Assembly (NCBI GenBank): GCA_963842525.1
Contig: CAWJGT010000019.1
Coordinates: 384,001-448,000 of the forward strand
Origin: an uncultured Holophagales bacterium
GTDB taxonomy: Bacteria > Acidobacteriota > Thermoanaerobaculia > Multivoradales > UBA5704
Direction of reading: 5' to 3'
DNA: 64,000 bases
This document shows, piece after piece, positions 9,580 through 19,815 of this stretch; positions within the stretch are counted from its first letter, which is position 1, and every line of letters starts with the position of its first letter. Both the position numbers and the translations under genes were made by a program. The notes beneath the pieces were generated by a model. That model was not told the DNA's origin and did no database searches. It saw nothing but the letters and a program-made list of their open reading frames with translations.

Positions 9580-11818
9580 ATGGGATTGAGGCAATCGGTG
9601 GGGTCGAACGCGGTGCTTGTGCAGTCGCTGCGGCTGCTTCTGGTGGCGGGGATTCTTGCCGCCGGGCCCCTGGCCGGCGCGGAATGGCCGGCTTGGCGTG
9701 GGCCGGCGCAGACGGGCGTCTCGCCCGAGACCGGGCTGGTCTCGAAGTGGTCTCCGGCCGGGGAGAACCTGGTCTGGAGGGCGGACCTCGTCGGCCGCTC
9801 GACTCCGGTGGTCTTCGACGGCCGGGTGTGCGCCAACGGCCGCACCGGCGAGGGGATCACCAAGCAGGAGTACGTGGCCTGCTGGGACGCCGGCAGTGGC
9901 AAGAAGCTCTGGGAGCACTACCTCGACGTCTACCTCACCTCGGTCCCTTTCAACCGCGTGGGATGGGCCAGCGTGGTGGGCGACACCGAGACGGGCAACC
10001 TCTACGTCCACGGGGTCGGCGGTCTGCTGGTGGCGTTCGACCGCGCCGGCAAGATCGTCTGGCAGCGGTCGCTCACCGAGGAATTCGGCTTCTACTCGGG
10101 CTTCGGCGGGCGGACCCATACGCCGATGATCGACGAGGACCGGCTCGTCCTCTCCTTCGTGAACACGGGCTGGGGTGAGCAGGGGCCGCCGCGCAACCGT
10201 ACCTTCGCCTTCGACAAGAAGACGGGCGCGCTTCTCTGGGTCTCGACGCCGGGCGGCAACCCCTATGACCTGAACACCCAGACGACGCCGGTCGCGGCCG
10301 TCATCAACGGCCAACGCCTGCTCATCGAGGGGAACGTGGACGGCTGGGTGCATGCCATCAAGGCGCGCACCGGCGAGAAGGTCTGGAGCTTCCAGCTCAC
10401 CAAGGGCGGGATCAACACCACGGTGGTCGTCAACGGCACGATGGTCTATGCCGCGCACAGCGAGGAGAACCTGGACTCGGCGATCATGGGCCGGGTGGTG
10501 GCGATCGATGCCACGGGCACGGGCGACGTCACCAAGACCCACGAGCGCTGGCGGTCTGAAGGGCTCGGGGATGGCTTCCCCTCGCCCATGATCCACGACG
10601 GCCGGCTGTATGTGGTGGACAACTCGGCCAACCTCTTCGCGCTGGATGCCGCGACCGGCAAGGAGCTGTGGCGGCACAAGCTGGGGACGGTCGGCAAGGC
10701 GTCGCCCGTCTGGGCGGACGGCAAGATCTATGTCACCGAGACCAACGGGCGCTTCCACATCCTGAAGCCGAAGGCGGACGGGGTCGAGACGCTGGACATG
10801 GACGAGATCTCGGTGACCGATGCCGGCGGAACCCACTACGCCGAGATCTACGGCTCGCCCGCCATCGCCTACGGCCGCATCTATTTCACGGCGGAGTCGG
10901 GGATCTACTGCCTCGGCGACAAGTCGAAGCCGTTCCAGGTCACCCGTGACAAGCCGGCCGTGCTGCCCGGGGAGGCCGCCGCGAAGGGTGCGCCGGCGGT
11001 CCTCCAGGTGGTCCCGGCGGAGGTGCTGATCCGGCCGGGCGAGACGGCGCGGTTCGAGGTGCGCGCCTTCGACGCTCAGGGCCGCTCTGTGCCTGTCTCC
11101 GGACGCTCCGGAGTGGGCGCTCCAGGGGCTCGCCGGTAAGGTCGAGGGCGGCGCCTTCACGGGCGAGGCGGGTCGCCCGCAGGCCGGCAAGGTGGCGGCG
11201 AAGCTCGGTGGGCTGGAGGCGGCGGCCCGGGTGCGCGTCGTCCCTCCTCTCCCGTGGAGCTACGACTTCGAAGCCGTCGAGGTCGGCAAGACGCCGCCCT
11301 GGTGGATCGGCGCCGGCCTCAAGTTCCCGGTCAAGGAGATGGATGGCGGGAAGGTCCTCTCGAAGCCCCCGGTGGCGGTGGGGCTTGACCGTTCGGACGT
11401 CTTCCTGGGTCCCCCGGCGCTCTCCAACTACACCATCCAGGCGGACCTGCGAGGTGCGATCAAGGGACGGCGCCGGCCCGACGTGGGCCTGGTCAACGGC
11501 GGCTACACGCTCGACCTGATGGGCGCGCACCAGAAGGTGCAACTGCGCGCCTGGGCCTCCGAGCTGCGGCTGGAGAAGTCGGTCGACTTCAAGTGGGACC
11601 CCGACATCTGGTACACGATGAAGTTCCGGGTCGACCAGCAGGGAAATAAAGCCTTGCTTCGCGGCAAGGTCTGGCCCACGGGCCAGCCGGAGCCGGCGGA
11701 GTGGACGATCACCGCCGAAGACCCCAAGCCGGTCCGCCAGGGGAGCCCCGGGATCTACGGGTACTCGGCCGCCGAGATCTATTACGACAACCTGAAGGTG
11801 ATGGGAAACCAGCAATGA
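9580..11818 (+). CDS. Secreted PQQ-like (BamB-type) beta-propeller protein with C-terminal Ig-like and lectin-like domains; frameshift near 11090-11100
   Basis: Signal peptide, EWPAWRGP, repeated DxxTGKxLW blades; ORFs 9580-11139 and 11192-11818 join via ..PEWALQGLAGKVEGG.. Confidence 0.75.
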
Positions 11819-13284
11819 CCACGAAGATAAAAGGTTTTGTCCAGGGCGGCCTGTTGGCGGCGGCTCTCCTGACGGCGGCTAGCAGCGGGGCGCAGGTGGA
11901 GATGTTCGGCGGCGATCCGTCGCGCAACATGGCGTCGGACGAGAAGGGGCTGCCCACGAAGTTCGATCCCGAGTCCGGCCTGAACATCAAGTGGTCGGCC
12001 GCGCTCGGCTCGCAGAGCTACGGCGGCCCGATCGTGGCCGGCGGCAAGGTGTACGTCGGCACCAACAACGAAGGGCTGCGCAACCCCAAGCTGACCGGCG
12101 ATCGCGGGGTGCTCATGGCCTTCAATGCCGCCGATGGCAAGTTCATTTGGCAGGCGGCCTATCCCAAGCTGCCGGCGGGCCGGGTCAACGACTGGCCGCT
12201 GCAGGGGATCTGCTCGAGCCCTGCCGTGGAGGGCGACCGGATCTATTACGTGTCGAACCGCGCCGAGGTGGTCTGCGCCGACACCGAAGGTTTCCTCGAC
12301 AAGGAGAACGACGGCCCGATCGCCAATGAGGCCGAGAAGAGCGATATCGACGAGGACGTGGTCTGGAAGTACGACATGATCGCCGAGCTCGACGTCTTCC
12401 CGCACAACCTGGCGGCCGGCAATCCGCTGATCGTGGACGACATGCTCTTCACGGTGACCGGCAACGGCGTGGACGAGGGGCACATCAACATCCCGTCGCC
12501 GACCTCGCCGAGCTTCATCGCGCTCGACAAGAAGACGGGCAAGCTCCTCTGGGAGAATTCGCTGCCCGGCGAGAAGATCCTGCACGGCCAGTGGTCGAAT
12601 CCCTCCTACGGCGTGATCAAGGGCAAGCCGCAGGTCGTGTTCGCCGGCGGCAACGGCTGGATCTATTCGTTCGAGCCCAAGACCGGCAAGCTGATCTGGA
12701 GCTTCGACTGCAACCCCAAGGACGCGATCTGGAAGATCGGCGGCGCGGGCACGCGCAACTACATCATCGCCACGCCGGTGATCTATGACGACAAGGTCTA
12801 TCTCGGCGTCGGCCAGGACCCCGAGCACGGCGAGGGGATCGGCCATCTCTGGGTGGTCGATGCAACGCAGGAGGGTGACGTCACCGGCAAGGCCGTGGTC
12901 TGGCACCGCGGCGGCGAGGACTTCCACCGCACGCTCTCGACCGTGGCGATCGCCGACGGCATCGTCTACGCGTCCGACCTCACCGGTCACCTCCATGCTC
13001 TCGACGCCAAGACCGGGGAGGAGCTCTGGGTCTATGACGCGTTCGCCGCGATCTGGGGCTCTCCCTTCGTCGCCGACGGCAAGGTCTACCTGGGGGACGA
13101 GGACGGCGACATCGTGGTGCTGCGCGCGGGCAAGAAGAAGGAGCTGCTGCACGAGGTGAACATGGGCAGCTCGGTCTACACCACGCCGGTGGCCAAGGAC
13201 GGCGTCCTCTACATCAACACCCGGGCGAAGCTCTTCGCCATCGCCGAGGGCGCCGGCAAGCAGCCGGAGCCGAAGAAACCGTGA
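11815..13284 (+). CDS. Secreted PQQ-like beta-propeller protein
   Basis: Signal peptide, MFGGDPSRN, ALDKKTGKLLWE repeats; ATGA overlap with the previous gene. Confidence 0.85.
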   Translation: MTTKIKGFVQGGLLAAALLTAASSGAQVEMFGGDPSRNMASDEKGLPTKFDPESGLNIKWSAALGSQSYGGPIVAGGKVYVGTNNEGLRNPKLTGDRGVLMAFNAADGKFIWQAAYPKLPAGRVNDWPLQGICSSPAVEGDRIYYVSNRAEVVCADTEGFLDKENDGPIANEAEKSDIDEDVVWKYDMIAELDVFPHNLAAGNPLIVDDMLFTVTGNGVDEGHINIPSPTSPSFIALDKKTGKLLWENSLPGEKILHGQWSNPSYGVIKGKPQVVFAGGNGWIYSFEPKTGKLIWSFDCNPKDAIWKIGGAGTRNYIIATPVIYDDKVYLGVGQDPEHGEGIGHLWVVDATQEGDVTGKAVVWHRGGEDFHRTLSTVAIADGIVYASDLTGHLHALDAKTGEELWVYDAFAAIWGSPFVADGKVYLGDEDGDIVVLRAGKKKELLHEVNMGSSVYTTPVAKDGVLYINTRAKLFAIAEGAGKQPEPKKP

Positions 13285-13291
13285 GACCGGA

Positions 13292-14388
13292 ATGGTGGAC
13301 ACCCTGACGCAATCCCCTCTCGCCGCAAAGGTGGCCGCGGCGCGCGACCGCCTCGACGCCCATGTGCGCGAGATGGTCGCCTGGCACTTCGACCCGGCGA
13401 CCGGCTGCCCGTTCTGGCTGGAGCGCGCGGCGAGCCTCGGCTTCGATCCCCGCAAAGAGGTGCGCGGGTACGACGATCTCAAGCTGTTCGGTCACTTCGA
13501 GGACTCGTGGCTGCGCGGCGGCCCGGTGCGGCGGTGGATGCCCAAAGGCTTCGAGGGCCGGCCGGCGCATGTCTTCGAGACCGGCGGCTCGACCGGAGTG
13601 CCCAAGACGCGGGTCAACATCGAGGACTTCCGGATCGATTATGAGATGTACAGCGACAGCCTGTCCGAGGAGGGTTTTCCGCACGGCGCGGACTGGCTGA
13701 TGCTGGGGCCCACCGGGCCGCGCCGCCTGCGCCTGGCGGTCGAGCACCTGGCGCAGCACCGCGGCGGCATCTGCTTCCACGTCGACCTCGATCCGCGCTG
13801 GGTCAACAAGCTGATCAAGGACGGCCGGCCGCGCGAGCTGGCGGCGTACAAGGCGCATGTGATCGAGCAGGGGCTCACGGTCCTGCGCGCTCACGACATC
13901 CGGTGCCTGTTCACCACGCCCAAGCTGCTGGAAGCGCTGTGCGAACGGATCTCGCTCCAGAAGGCGGGCATCCGCGGCATCTTCTGCGGCGGCACCGAAA
14001 TGAATGCTCAATTCCACCGCTTCGCCCGCGAGGAGCTGGTGCCGGGGATCGACTTCGTCCCCACCTATGGCAACACGCTGATGGGGCTCGCCCGCTCGCT
14101 GCCGTACGATCCCGCGGCAAAGGAGCCGTGGGCCATCACCTACTATCCGCCGGCGCCGCGCGCGGTGTTCGAGCTGGTGAAACCTGATGATCCCGAGACG
14201 CCGGTCGAATATGGGGAGACCGGGCGGGTGATGCTGACCACGCTGACCCATGATTTCTTCATGCCGCGCTTCCTCGAGCGCGATGAGGGGGAGCGGGCCG
14301 AGCCCACGGAGCGCTTCCCTGGGACGGCGTGCGCAACCTGCGGCTTCTGTCGTCGCTCCAGGAATCGGTCATCGTGGGAGTCTATTGA
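13292..14388 (+). CDS. Short ANL-type adenylation enzyme (PaaK/LuxE-like); frameshift near 14315
   Basis: P-loop ETGGSTGVPK, YGNT, GETGRVMLTTL; corrected C-terminus PWDGVRNLRLLSSLQESVIVGVY* ends in a TGATG overlap with the next gene. Confidence 0.65.
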
Positions 14389-15960
14389 TGCTCCAGCTTC
14401 CGATCCTCCGCGCCGGTCAGGCCTATCACAGCCTCGACAAGGCACCCTTGCGTGATGCACGCACGGGGGAGACGTTGGCCGAGGTGTCGCAGGCGAACCC
14501 CGGTCTGATCGCGCGGGATCTCAAAGATATCGAGGCGAGCGGCCGGGCGCTCCGGGAGCTGGGCACCGCCGAGCTGGTGGCGATCTGCCGCCGGGCCGCG
14601 GCTCTCTTCATGGAAGCCGATCTGCCGCTGAATGACAATGTTTTGCAATCCCCGGCCGACTACGTGCGCCGGCTCTCCGCCACCTCGGGGCTGCCCGAGA
14701 CGCTCTGCCGCGCCAACATGGAGAAGGTCCGTGCCACGCTCGACGGCATGGAGGCGGTGCTCGACGGGTTGACGCGCGGGCTCGATCCCGCCGTGCTCGA
14801 CACGGGCTGGGGCTGGCAGGACGGCCGGAGGCTCGAGCTATCTCCGCCAGGCCGATGTGCTGGGAGCGATCCTGCCCAGCAACTCGCCGGGCGTCAACAC
14901 TCTCTGGATGCCGGCGATCGCGCTCGGCATGCCGGTGGCGCTCAAGCCCGGCCGCGAGGAGCCCTGGACGCCGCTGCGCATCGTCCGCGCCCTCGCCGCC
15001 GCAGGCTGTCCGCCGCAGGCGCTGGGCTTCTACCCGACCGATCACGCCGGCGCCTCCGAGATCCTGCTGCGCTGCGGCCGGTCGCTCCTCTTCGGCGACG
15101 CGGGGACGGTCGGTCCCTGGCGCGACGATCCGAGGGTGCAGATCCACGGCCCCGGCTTCAGCAAGGTGATCTTTGGAGACGATCAGCTTCCGGTCTGGGA
15201 AGCGTACCTCGACCTGCTCGTCGCCAGCATTGCGGACAATGGCGGACGCTCGTGCCTGAACGCCTCAGGGGTCTGGGTGCCGCAGGGCGGGCGGGGGCGC
15301 GAGATGGCCGAGGCGCTCGCCGGCCGGCTGGCGGCCATCGAGGCGCGCCCGCTGGACGATCCCGCTGCACGGCTCGCGGCTTTTACCCGGCCCGAGACGG
15401 CGCAATGGATCTCGGAACGGATCGACCGGATGCTGAGCATCCCGGGCGCCGTGGACCTCACAGCGAAGATGCGCGGGAGCGGGCGCGTGGCGGAGGCCGG
15501 CGGCTGCACGTTCCTGCTGCCGACCCTGATCTGGTGCGACGACGCGGACCATCCGCTGGCCAACACGGAGCTGCTGTTCCCCTTTGCCGGCGCCGTCGAG
15601 GTGCCGCGGGAAGAACTGCTCGACCGGATCGGCCCTTCGCTGGTGGTGACGGCGCTCACCGAAGACCCGGCCTTCCAGCGCGAGCTGCTCGGCAGTCCGT
15701 GGATCGACCGGCTGAACCTGGGCGCGGTTCCGACCTCGCGGATCGCCTACGACCAGCCGCACGAGGGGAATTTGTTCCAGCACCTTTATCGGCAGCGGGC
15801 GTTCCAGAGCCCTCACCCCCCTGGCCCCCCTCTCCCATCCTCACACCCTATCCCCCGGGAGAGGGGGGAAGAGAGCAGTCCCCAACTCCCCTCTCCCGGT
15901 GGCTCGGGTGTGCGGATGGGAGAAGGGCCGGGGGTGAGGGGCCCGGAGGCTCAGCCATGA
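14388..15960 (+). CDS. Aldehyde dehydrogenase/acyl-CoA reductase (LuxC-like); frameshift near 14838
   Basis: LPSNSPG, LKPG, GPGFSK, NGGRSC (catalytic Cys), ELLFP; N-terminal half in ORF 14250, C-terminal half in ORF 14857. Confidence 0.75.
15810..15940. repeat. Palindromic CCCTCACCCC...GGGGTGAGGG element read through by the ALDH C-terminus
   Basis: Terminal inverted repeats CCCTCACCCCCTGGCCCCCCTCTCCCATCC / GGATGGGAGAAGGGCCGGGGGTGAGGG; second copy at 30680. Confidence 0.85.
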
Positions 15961-17114
15961 TGGCGGCCCAGGTCATGGCTGCGGCGCCGGTGGGCACCGA
16001 GTCCTGGAGCGCCGAGATCGGCTCGATCCGGGTCCATTTCGGTCCGGGGTCGATCGAGCAGCTCGGCGACCTTGCTCGTGAGATGGGCGGGAGCCGCGTG
16101 CTGGTGGTCACCGATCCCGGAGTGCGCGCGGCGGGGTATGCCGAGCGGGCCATGCGGGTGCTGCAGGGGGAAGGGATCGAGGCCTCCGTTTTCGATCAGG
16201 TTTCGGAAAATCCCACGACGGTGGACGTGGAGGCAGGCCGGGATTTCGCCGCGGAACGGCGGATCGACCTGGTGGTCGGGCTGGGCGGCGGCAGCGCCAT
16301 GGATTGCGCCAAGGGGATCAATTTCCTTTTGACCAACGGCGGACGCATGGAGGACTACCTCGGCTTCGGCAAGGCTTCGCGGCCGATGCTGCCGTCGATC
16401 GGCGTGCCCACCACGGCCGGCACCGGTAGCGAGGCGCAGTCCTATGCGTTGATCTCGCAGGCGGAGACTCACCGCAAGATGGCCTGCGGCGACCGCAAGG
16501 CGCGCTTCCGTGAGGTGATCCTCGACCCGGACTTCTGCGCAACGGCGCCCCAGAGGGTGCGGGCCGCGACGGGGATCGATGCCGTCTCCCACGCGGTCGA
16601 GAGCTTCGTCTGCACCCGCGCGAACCCGGTCTCGCGGATGTTTGCGCGCGAGGCCTGGCACCTCCTGCAGCGGAGCTTCGACATCTCGTCGTCGGGTCCG
16701 GGTCCACTTGGCGACATGCTGATGGGCGCCCACCTCGCCGGCGCCGCCATCGAGGGCTCGATGCTGGGCGCGGCCCACGCCTGCGCCAATCCGCTGACCG
16801 CCCGTTTCGGCGTTGTGCACGGCGTGGCCGTGGGGCTGATGCTGCCGCACGTGGTCCGCTTCAACGGCGAGGTCGCCGCGGAGCTGTACCGGGATCTGTC
16901 GGGCGGCTCGGCCGAGGTCCTGGTCCGGCGGATCGAGGAGCTGCGGTCCGCGGCGGGCCTGCCCACCCGGCTGCGCGATGCTCTCGGCAGGGACCTGGAC
17001 CGGCAGACCCTTCGCGAGCTGGCCGAGGACGCGGCAGGGCAGTGGACGGCACGCTTCAATCCGCGTCCGGTGGAGGCGGGGGATCTGCTTCGGCTGTACG
17101 AGGTGGCGTTGTGA
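15957..17114 (+). CDS. Iron-containing alcohol dehydrogenase
   Basis: GLGGGSAMDCAK, PTTAGTGSE, DAVSHAVE, HACANPL...HG metal ligands. Confidence 0.9.
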   Translation: MMAAQVMAAAPVGTESWSAEIGSIRVHFGPGSIEQLGDLAREMGGSRVLVVTDPGVRAAGYAERAMRVLQGEGIEASVFDQVSENPTTVDVEAGRDFAAERRIDLVVGLGGGSAMDCAKGINFLLTNGGRMEDYLGFGKASRPMLPSIGVPTTAGTGSEAQSYALISQAETHRKMACGDRKARFREVILDPDFCATAPQRVRAATGIDAVSHAVESFVCTRANPVSRMFAREAWHLLQRSFDISSSGPGPLGDMLMGAHLAGAAIEGSMLGAAHACANPLTARFGVVHGVAVGLMLPHVVRFNGEVAAELYRDLSGGSAEVLVRRIEELRSAAGLPTRLRDALGRDLDRQTLRELAEDAAGQWTARFNPRPVEAGDLLRLYEVAL

Positions 17115-18451
17115 AAAGGTTTTCAACTCCGATCGCCCCGAAGGGGCATGGGCATAAAGCCTGGGGTTTCAACCCCAGGACAGCGACCCATTCAACCCCT
17201 AGCCCCGAAGGGGCGACGGCATGGGCGAGGGGCGTGAGCCCCGATGCATGGGAGGGAACGCCTGCGCCCTTTCAGGGCTCGGGAAAAATCGGGAACGCCT
17301 ACCTGGCGCTGAAGCGCCAGGCTTTATGCCTGCGCCCCTTTGGGGCTCTTCACAAGATCCTCCTTCTCGCCCTGGCGCTGCCTCTGCTCGCCGCGGCCCC
17401 GAGCACCCCGGGTTGGACCATGTTTCGCGCCGATCCGCGGCTCTCCGGGCGAGCCCAGGGGGAGCTGCCGGCCGATCCCAAGCCGCTGTGGACGTTCCGG
17501 GCGGAGAAGGGGATCTCGTCGACCGCCGCCATCGCCGGCGGCATGGTCTACGTCGGCGCGCTCGACGGCAACCTGTATGCCCTCGATCTCGCCACCGGGA
17601 AGCTGCGCTGGAAATACGCGACCGGAGCCGAGATCAAGTCGTCCCCCTCGGTGGCCGGCGGGGCGGTCTACTTCGGCGACGGCAAGGGGATCTTTCACGC
17701 GGTCGACGCCAAGACGGGGGCCCGCCGGTGGGTCTTCAAGACCGAGGGCGAGATCGTCTCGTCGGCCAACTTCGCGCCGGGCTGTGTGCTCTTCGGCTCC
17801 TACGACCAGTTCCTCTATTGCGTCGCTCCCAAGGACGGCAAACCGGTCTGGAAGGTGGAGACCGACGGGTATGTGCATGGCACGCCGGCCGTGGATGGCG
17901 ACCGGGTGGTGTCCGCCGGGTGCGACGGCTGGCTGCGCGTGCTGCGCGCGAGCGACGGCAAGGAGCTGCGCCGGGTGCAGCTCGGCGGCTACACCGGCGC
18001 CAGCCCGGCGATCGACAACGGCCGCGCCTACGTCGGCAACTTCGAGAACAAGTTCCTGGCGGTGGACCTTGCGAGCGGCGCCGTGGCCTGGACCTACGAG
18101 CACCCCGTCCGCAAGTTCCCGTACTACTCCTCGGCCGCCCTAGGCAACGGCTTCGTGGCCGTGGGCGGACGGGACAAGCTGGTGCGCGCCCTCGACGCGA
18201 AGACCGGCCGCGAGCTGTGGGCCTGGCCGGCCCGTGCCGCGGTCGATGCCTCGCCGGTCCTCCTGGGCGACCGGATCTTCGCCGCCGACAAGGGCGGCCG
18301 CATTTTCGCCCTCAACGCCCGCACCGGCAAGCCGGTGTGGACGTTCGATGCGGGCGCCGGCATCGAAGCCTCTCCCGCCATCGGGGAGGGCCGGCTGGTG
18401 ATCGCCACCAGCGAGGGCACGGTGTACGCCTTTGGCGCCAAGAAGGGATGA
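17111..18451 (+). CDS. Secreted PQQ-like beta-propeller protein; MITE-like insert in the N-terminal region
   Basis: GTGA overlap start; ILLLALALPLLAA hydrophobic stretch; eight-blade-type ALDxxTGKxxW repeats. Confidence 0.8.
   Translation: MKRFSTPIAPKGHGHKAWGFNPRTATHSTPSPEGATAWARGVSPDAWEGTPAPFQGSGKIGNAYLALKRQALCLRPFGALHKILLLALALPLLAAAPSTPGWTMFRADPRLSGRAQGELPADPKPLWTFRAEKGISSTAAIAGGMVYVGALDGNLYALDLATGKLRWKYATGAEIKSSPSVAGGAVYFGDGKGIFHAVDAKTGARRWVFKTEGEIVSSANFAPGCVLFGSYDQFLYCVAPKDGKPVWKVETDGYVHGTPAVDGDRVVSAGCDGWLRVLRASDGKELRRVQLGGYTGASPAIDNGRAYVGNFENKFLAVDLASGAVAWTYEHPVRKFPYYSSAALGNGFVAVGGRDKLVRALDAKTGRELWAWPARAAVDASPVLLGDRIFAADKGGRIFALNARTGKPVWTFDAGAGIEASPAIGEGRLVIATSEGTVYAFGAKKG
17135..17346. 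mobile_element. MITE/REP-like palindromic element
   Basis: Left GCCCCGAAGGGGCATGGGCATAAAGCCTGG vs reverse complement of right GCCCCAAAGGGGCGCAGGCATAAAGCCTGG; internal hairpin CCTGGGGTTTCAACCCCAGG. Confidence 0.75.
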
Positions 18452-18457
18452 GCAGTC

Positions 18458-19798
18458 ATGAGCAACGCTGAGCCTGCAACCGCCACCCACCATGAGGAGA
18501 CCGCAACCGAGGTGGGGAGCGTCTTCGTTTCCAACTATCCGCCGTACTCGGTGTGGAGCGAGGCCGAGCTGCCCCGGGCCCTGGAGGCGCTCCAGGCGCC
18601 ACCGCGCCCCGGCGTCCCGTTCGGCCTCTACCTGCATATCCCCTTCTGCCGCAAGCGGTGCAAGTTCTGCTACTTCCGCGTCTACACCGACAAGGACGCT
18701 GGGGAGATCGGCACCTACCTGGACGCCCTGGCTACCGAGGTAGAGCTCTACAGCGGCCTGCCCGCGACCGCCGGCCGGCCGCTCAAGTTCGTCTATTTCG
18801 GCGGCGGTACTCCTTCTTATATCAGCGTCCGGCAGCTCCAGGGGCTGGTGGACCGCGTGCAGGCCGCGATGCCGTGGACGGGCGTCGAGGAGGTCACCTT
18901 CGAGTGCGAGCCGGGGACGCTCACGCAGTCGAAGCTGGAGGCGATCCGCGCCATCGGCGTCACCCGCCTGTCGCTGGGGATCGAGAACTTCGACGACGAG
19001 ATCCTGCGCGAGAACGGCCGCGCCCATCTGTCGCATGAGATCTATCGGGTGCTCCCCTGGATCCGCGACCTCGGCTTCGATCAGCTCAATGTGGACCTCA
19101 TCGCCGGCATGGTCGGGGAGACCTGGGGGACCTGGCGGGAGACGGTGCGGAAGACTCTTGAGATCGAGCCGGACAGCGTGACTATTTATCAGATGGAGCT
19201 GCCGTATAACACGGTCTATTCGCGCAGCCTGCTCGGCGATGGGCCGGACGCCCCTCCGCTCGCCGACTGGCCGACCAAGCGGGCGTGGCAGGACTACGCC
19301 TTTGCCGAGCTGGCGGCGGCGGGCTATGAGGTGTCGAGCGCCTACACCATGGTCAAGAAGAAGGGGAGCTCGTCGAGCTTCGTCTACCGCGACGCGGTCT
19401 GGCATGGCACCGACATGCTGGGGACCGGCGTGGCCTCGTTCTCCCATGTAAACGGCGTCCACTTCCAGAACGTGGCGGGGTGGGGCGAGTACCTGGCAAC
19501 CCTTGCGGAGAGACGGCTGCCGCTCGGGCGCGCCTATGTTGCCAGCCCGAAGGAGCGGCTGACGCGCGAGCTGATCCTGCAGCTCAAGCTGGGGGAGGTC
19601 CACGCCTCCTATTTCCATGACAAGTTCGGCGCCGACGTCGTGTCCGAGTTCGCTCCGGCCTGGCGGAGCCTCGAAGCCGAGGGGATGCTCCGCGTCGAAG
19701 GCGAGCGGGTGGCGCTCACCCGCGCCGGCCTGCTGCAAGTCGACCGCCTGCTGCCCGAGCTGTACGACGAGCGCTACCGCAATGTTCGCTATACCTGA
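18458..19798 (+). CDS. HemN-like radical SAM enzyme
   Basis: LYLHIPFCRKRCKFCYF (CxxxCxxC), YFGGGTPS, RLSLGIENF, HemN-type C-terminus. Confidence 0.85.
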   Translation: MSNAEPATATHHEETATEVGSVFVSNYPPYSVWSEAELPRALEALQAPPRPGVPFGLYLHIPFCRKRCKFCYFRVYTDKDAGEIGTYLDALATEVELYSGLPATAGRPLKFVYFGGGTPSYISVRQLQGLVDRVQAAMPWTGVEEVTFECEPGTLTQSKLEAIRAIGVTRLSLGIENFDDEILRENGRAHLSHEIYRVLPWIRDLGFDQLNVDLIAGMVGETWGTWRETVRKTLEIEPDSVTIYQMELPYNTVYSRSLLGDGPDAPPLADWPTKRAWQDYAFAELAAAGYEVSSAYTMVKKKGSSSSFVYRDAVWHGTDMLGTGVASFSHVNGVHFQNVAGWGEYLATLAERRLPLGRAYVASPKERLTRELILQLKLGEVHASYFHDKFGADVVSEFAPAWRSLEAEGMLRVEGERVALTRAGLLQVDRLLPELYDERYRNVRYT

Positions 19799-19815
19799 TC
19801 GATCGGGGGACTGAC

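Noticed and set aside
14250-17114. 954-aa ALDH-ADH fusion ORF
   Set aside because: Artefact of the frameshift near 14838; the middle is out-of-frame ALDH sequence, and the ADH has its own ATG at 15957
3922-19798. RiPP precursors as substrates of the operon's radical SAM enzyme
   Set aside because: The enzyme is HemN-like with no visible SPASM or RRE domain, and the precursors lie outside the operon; no sequence support for a link
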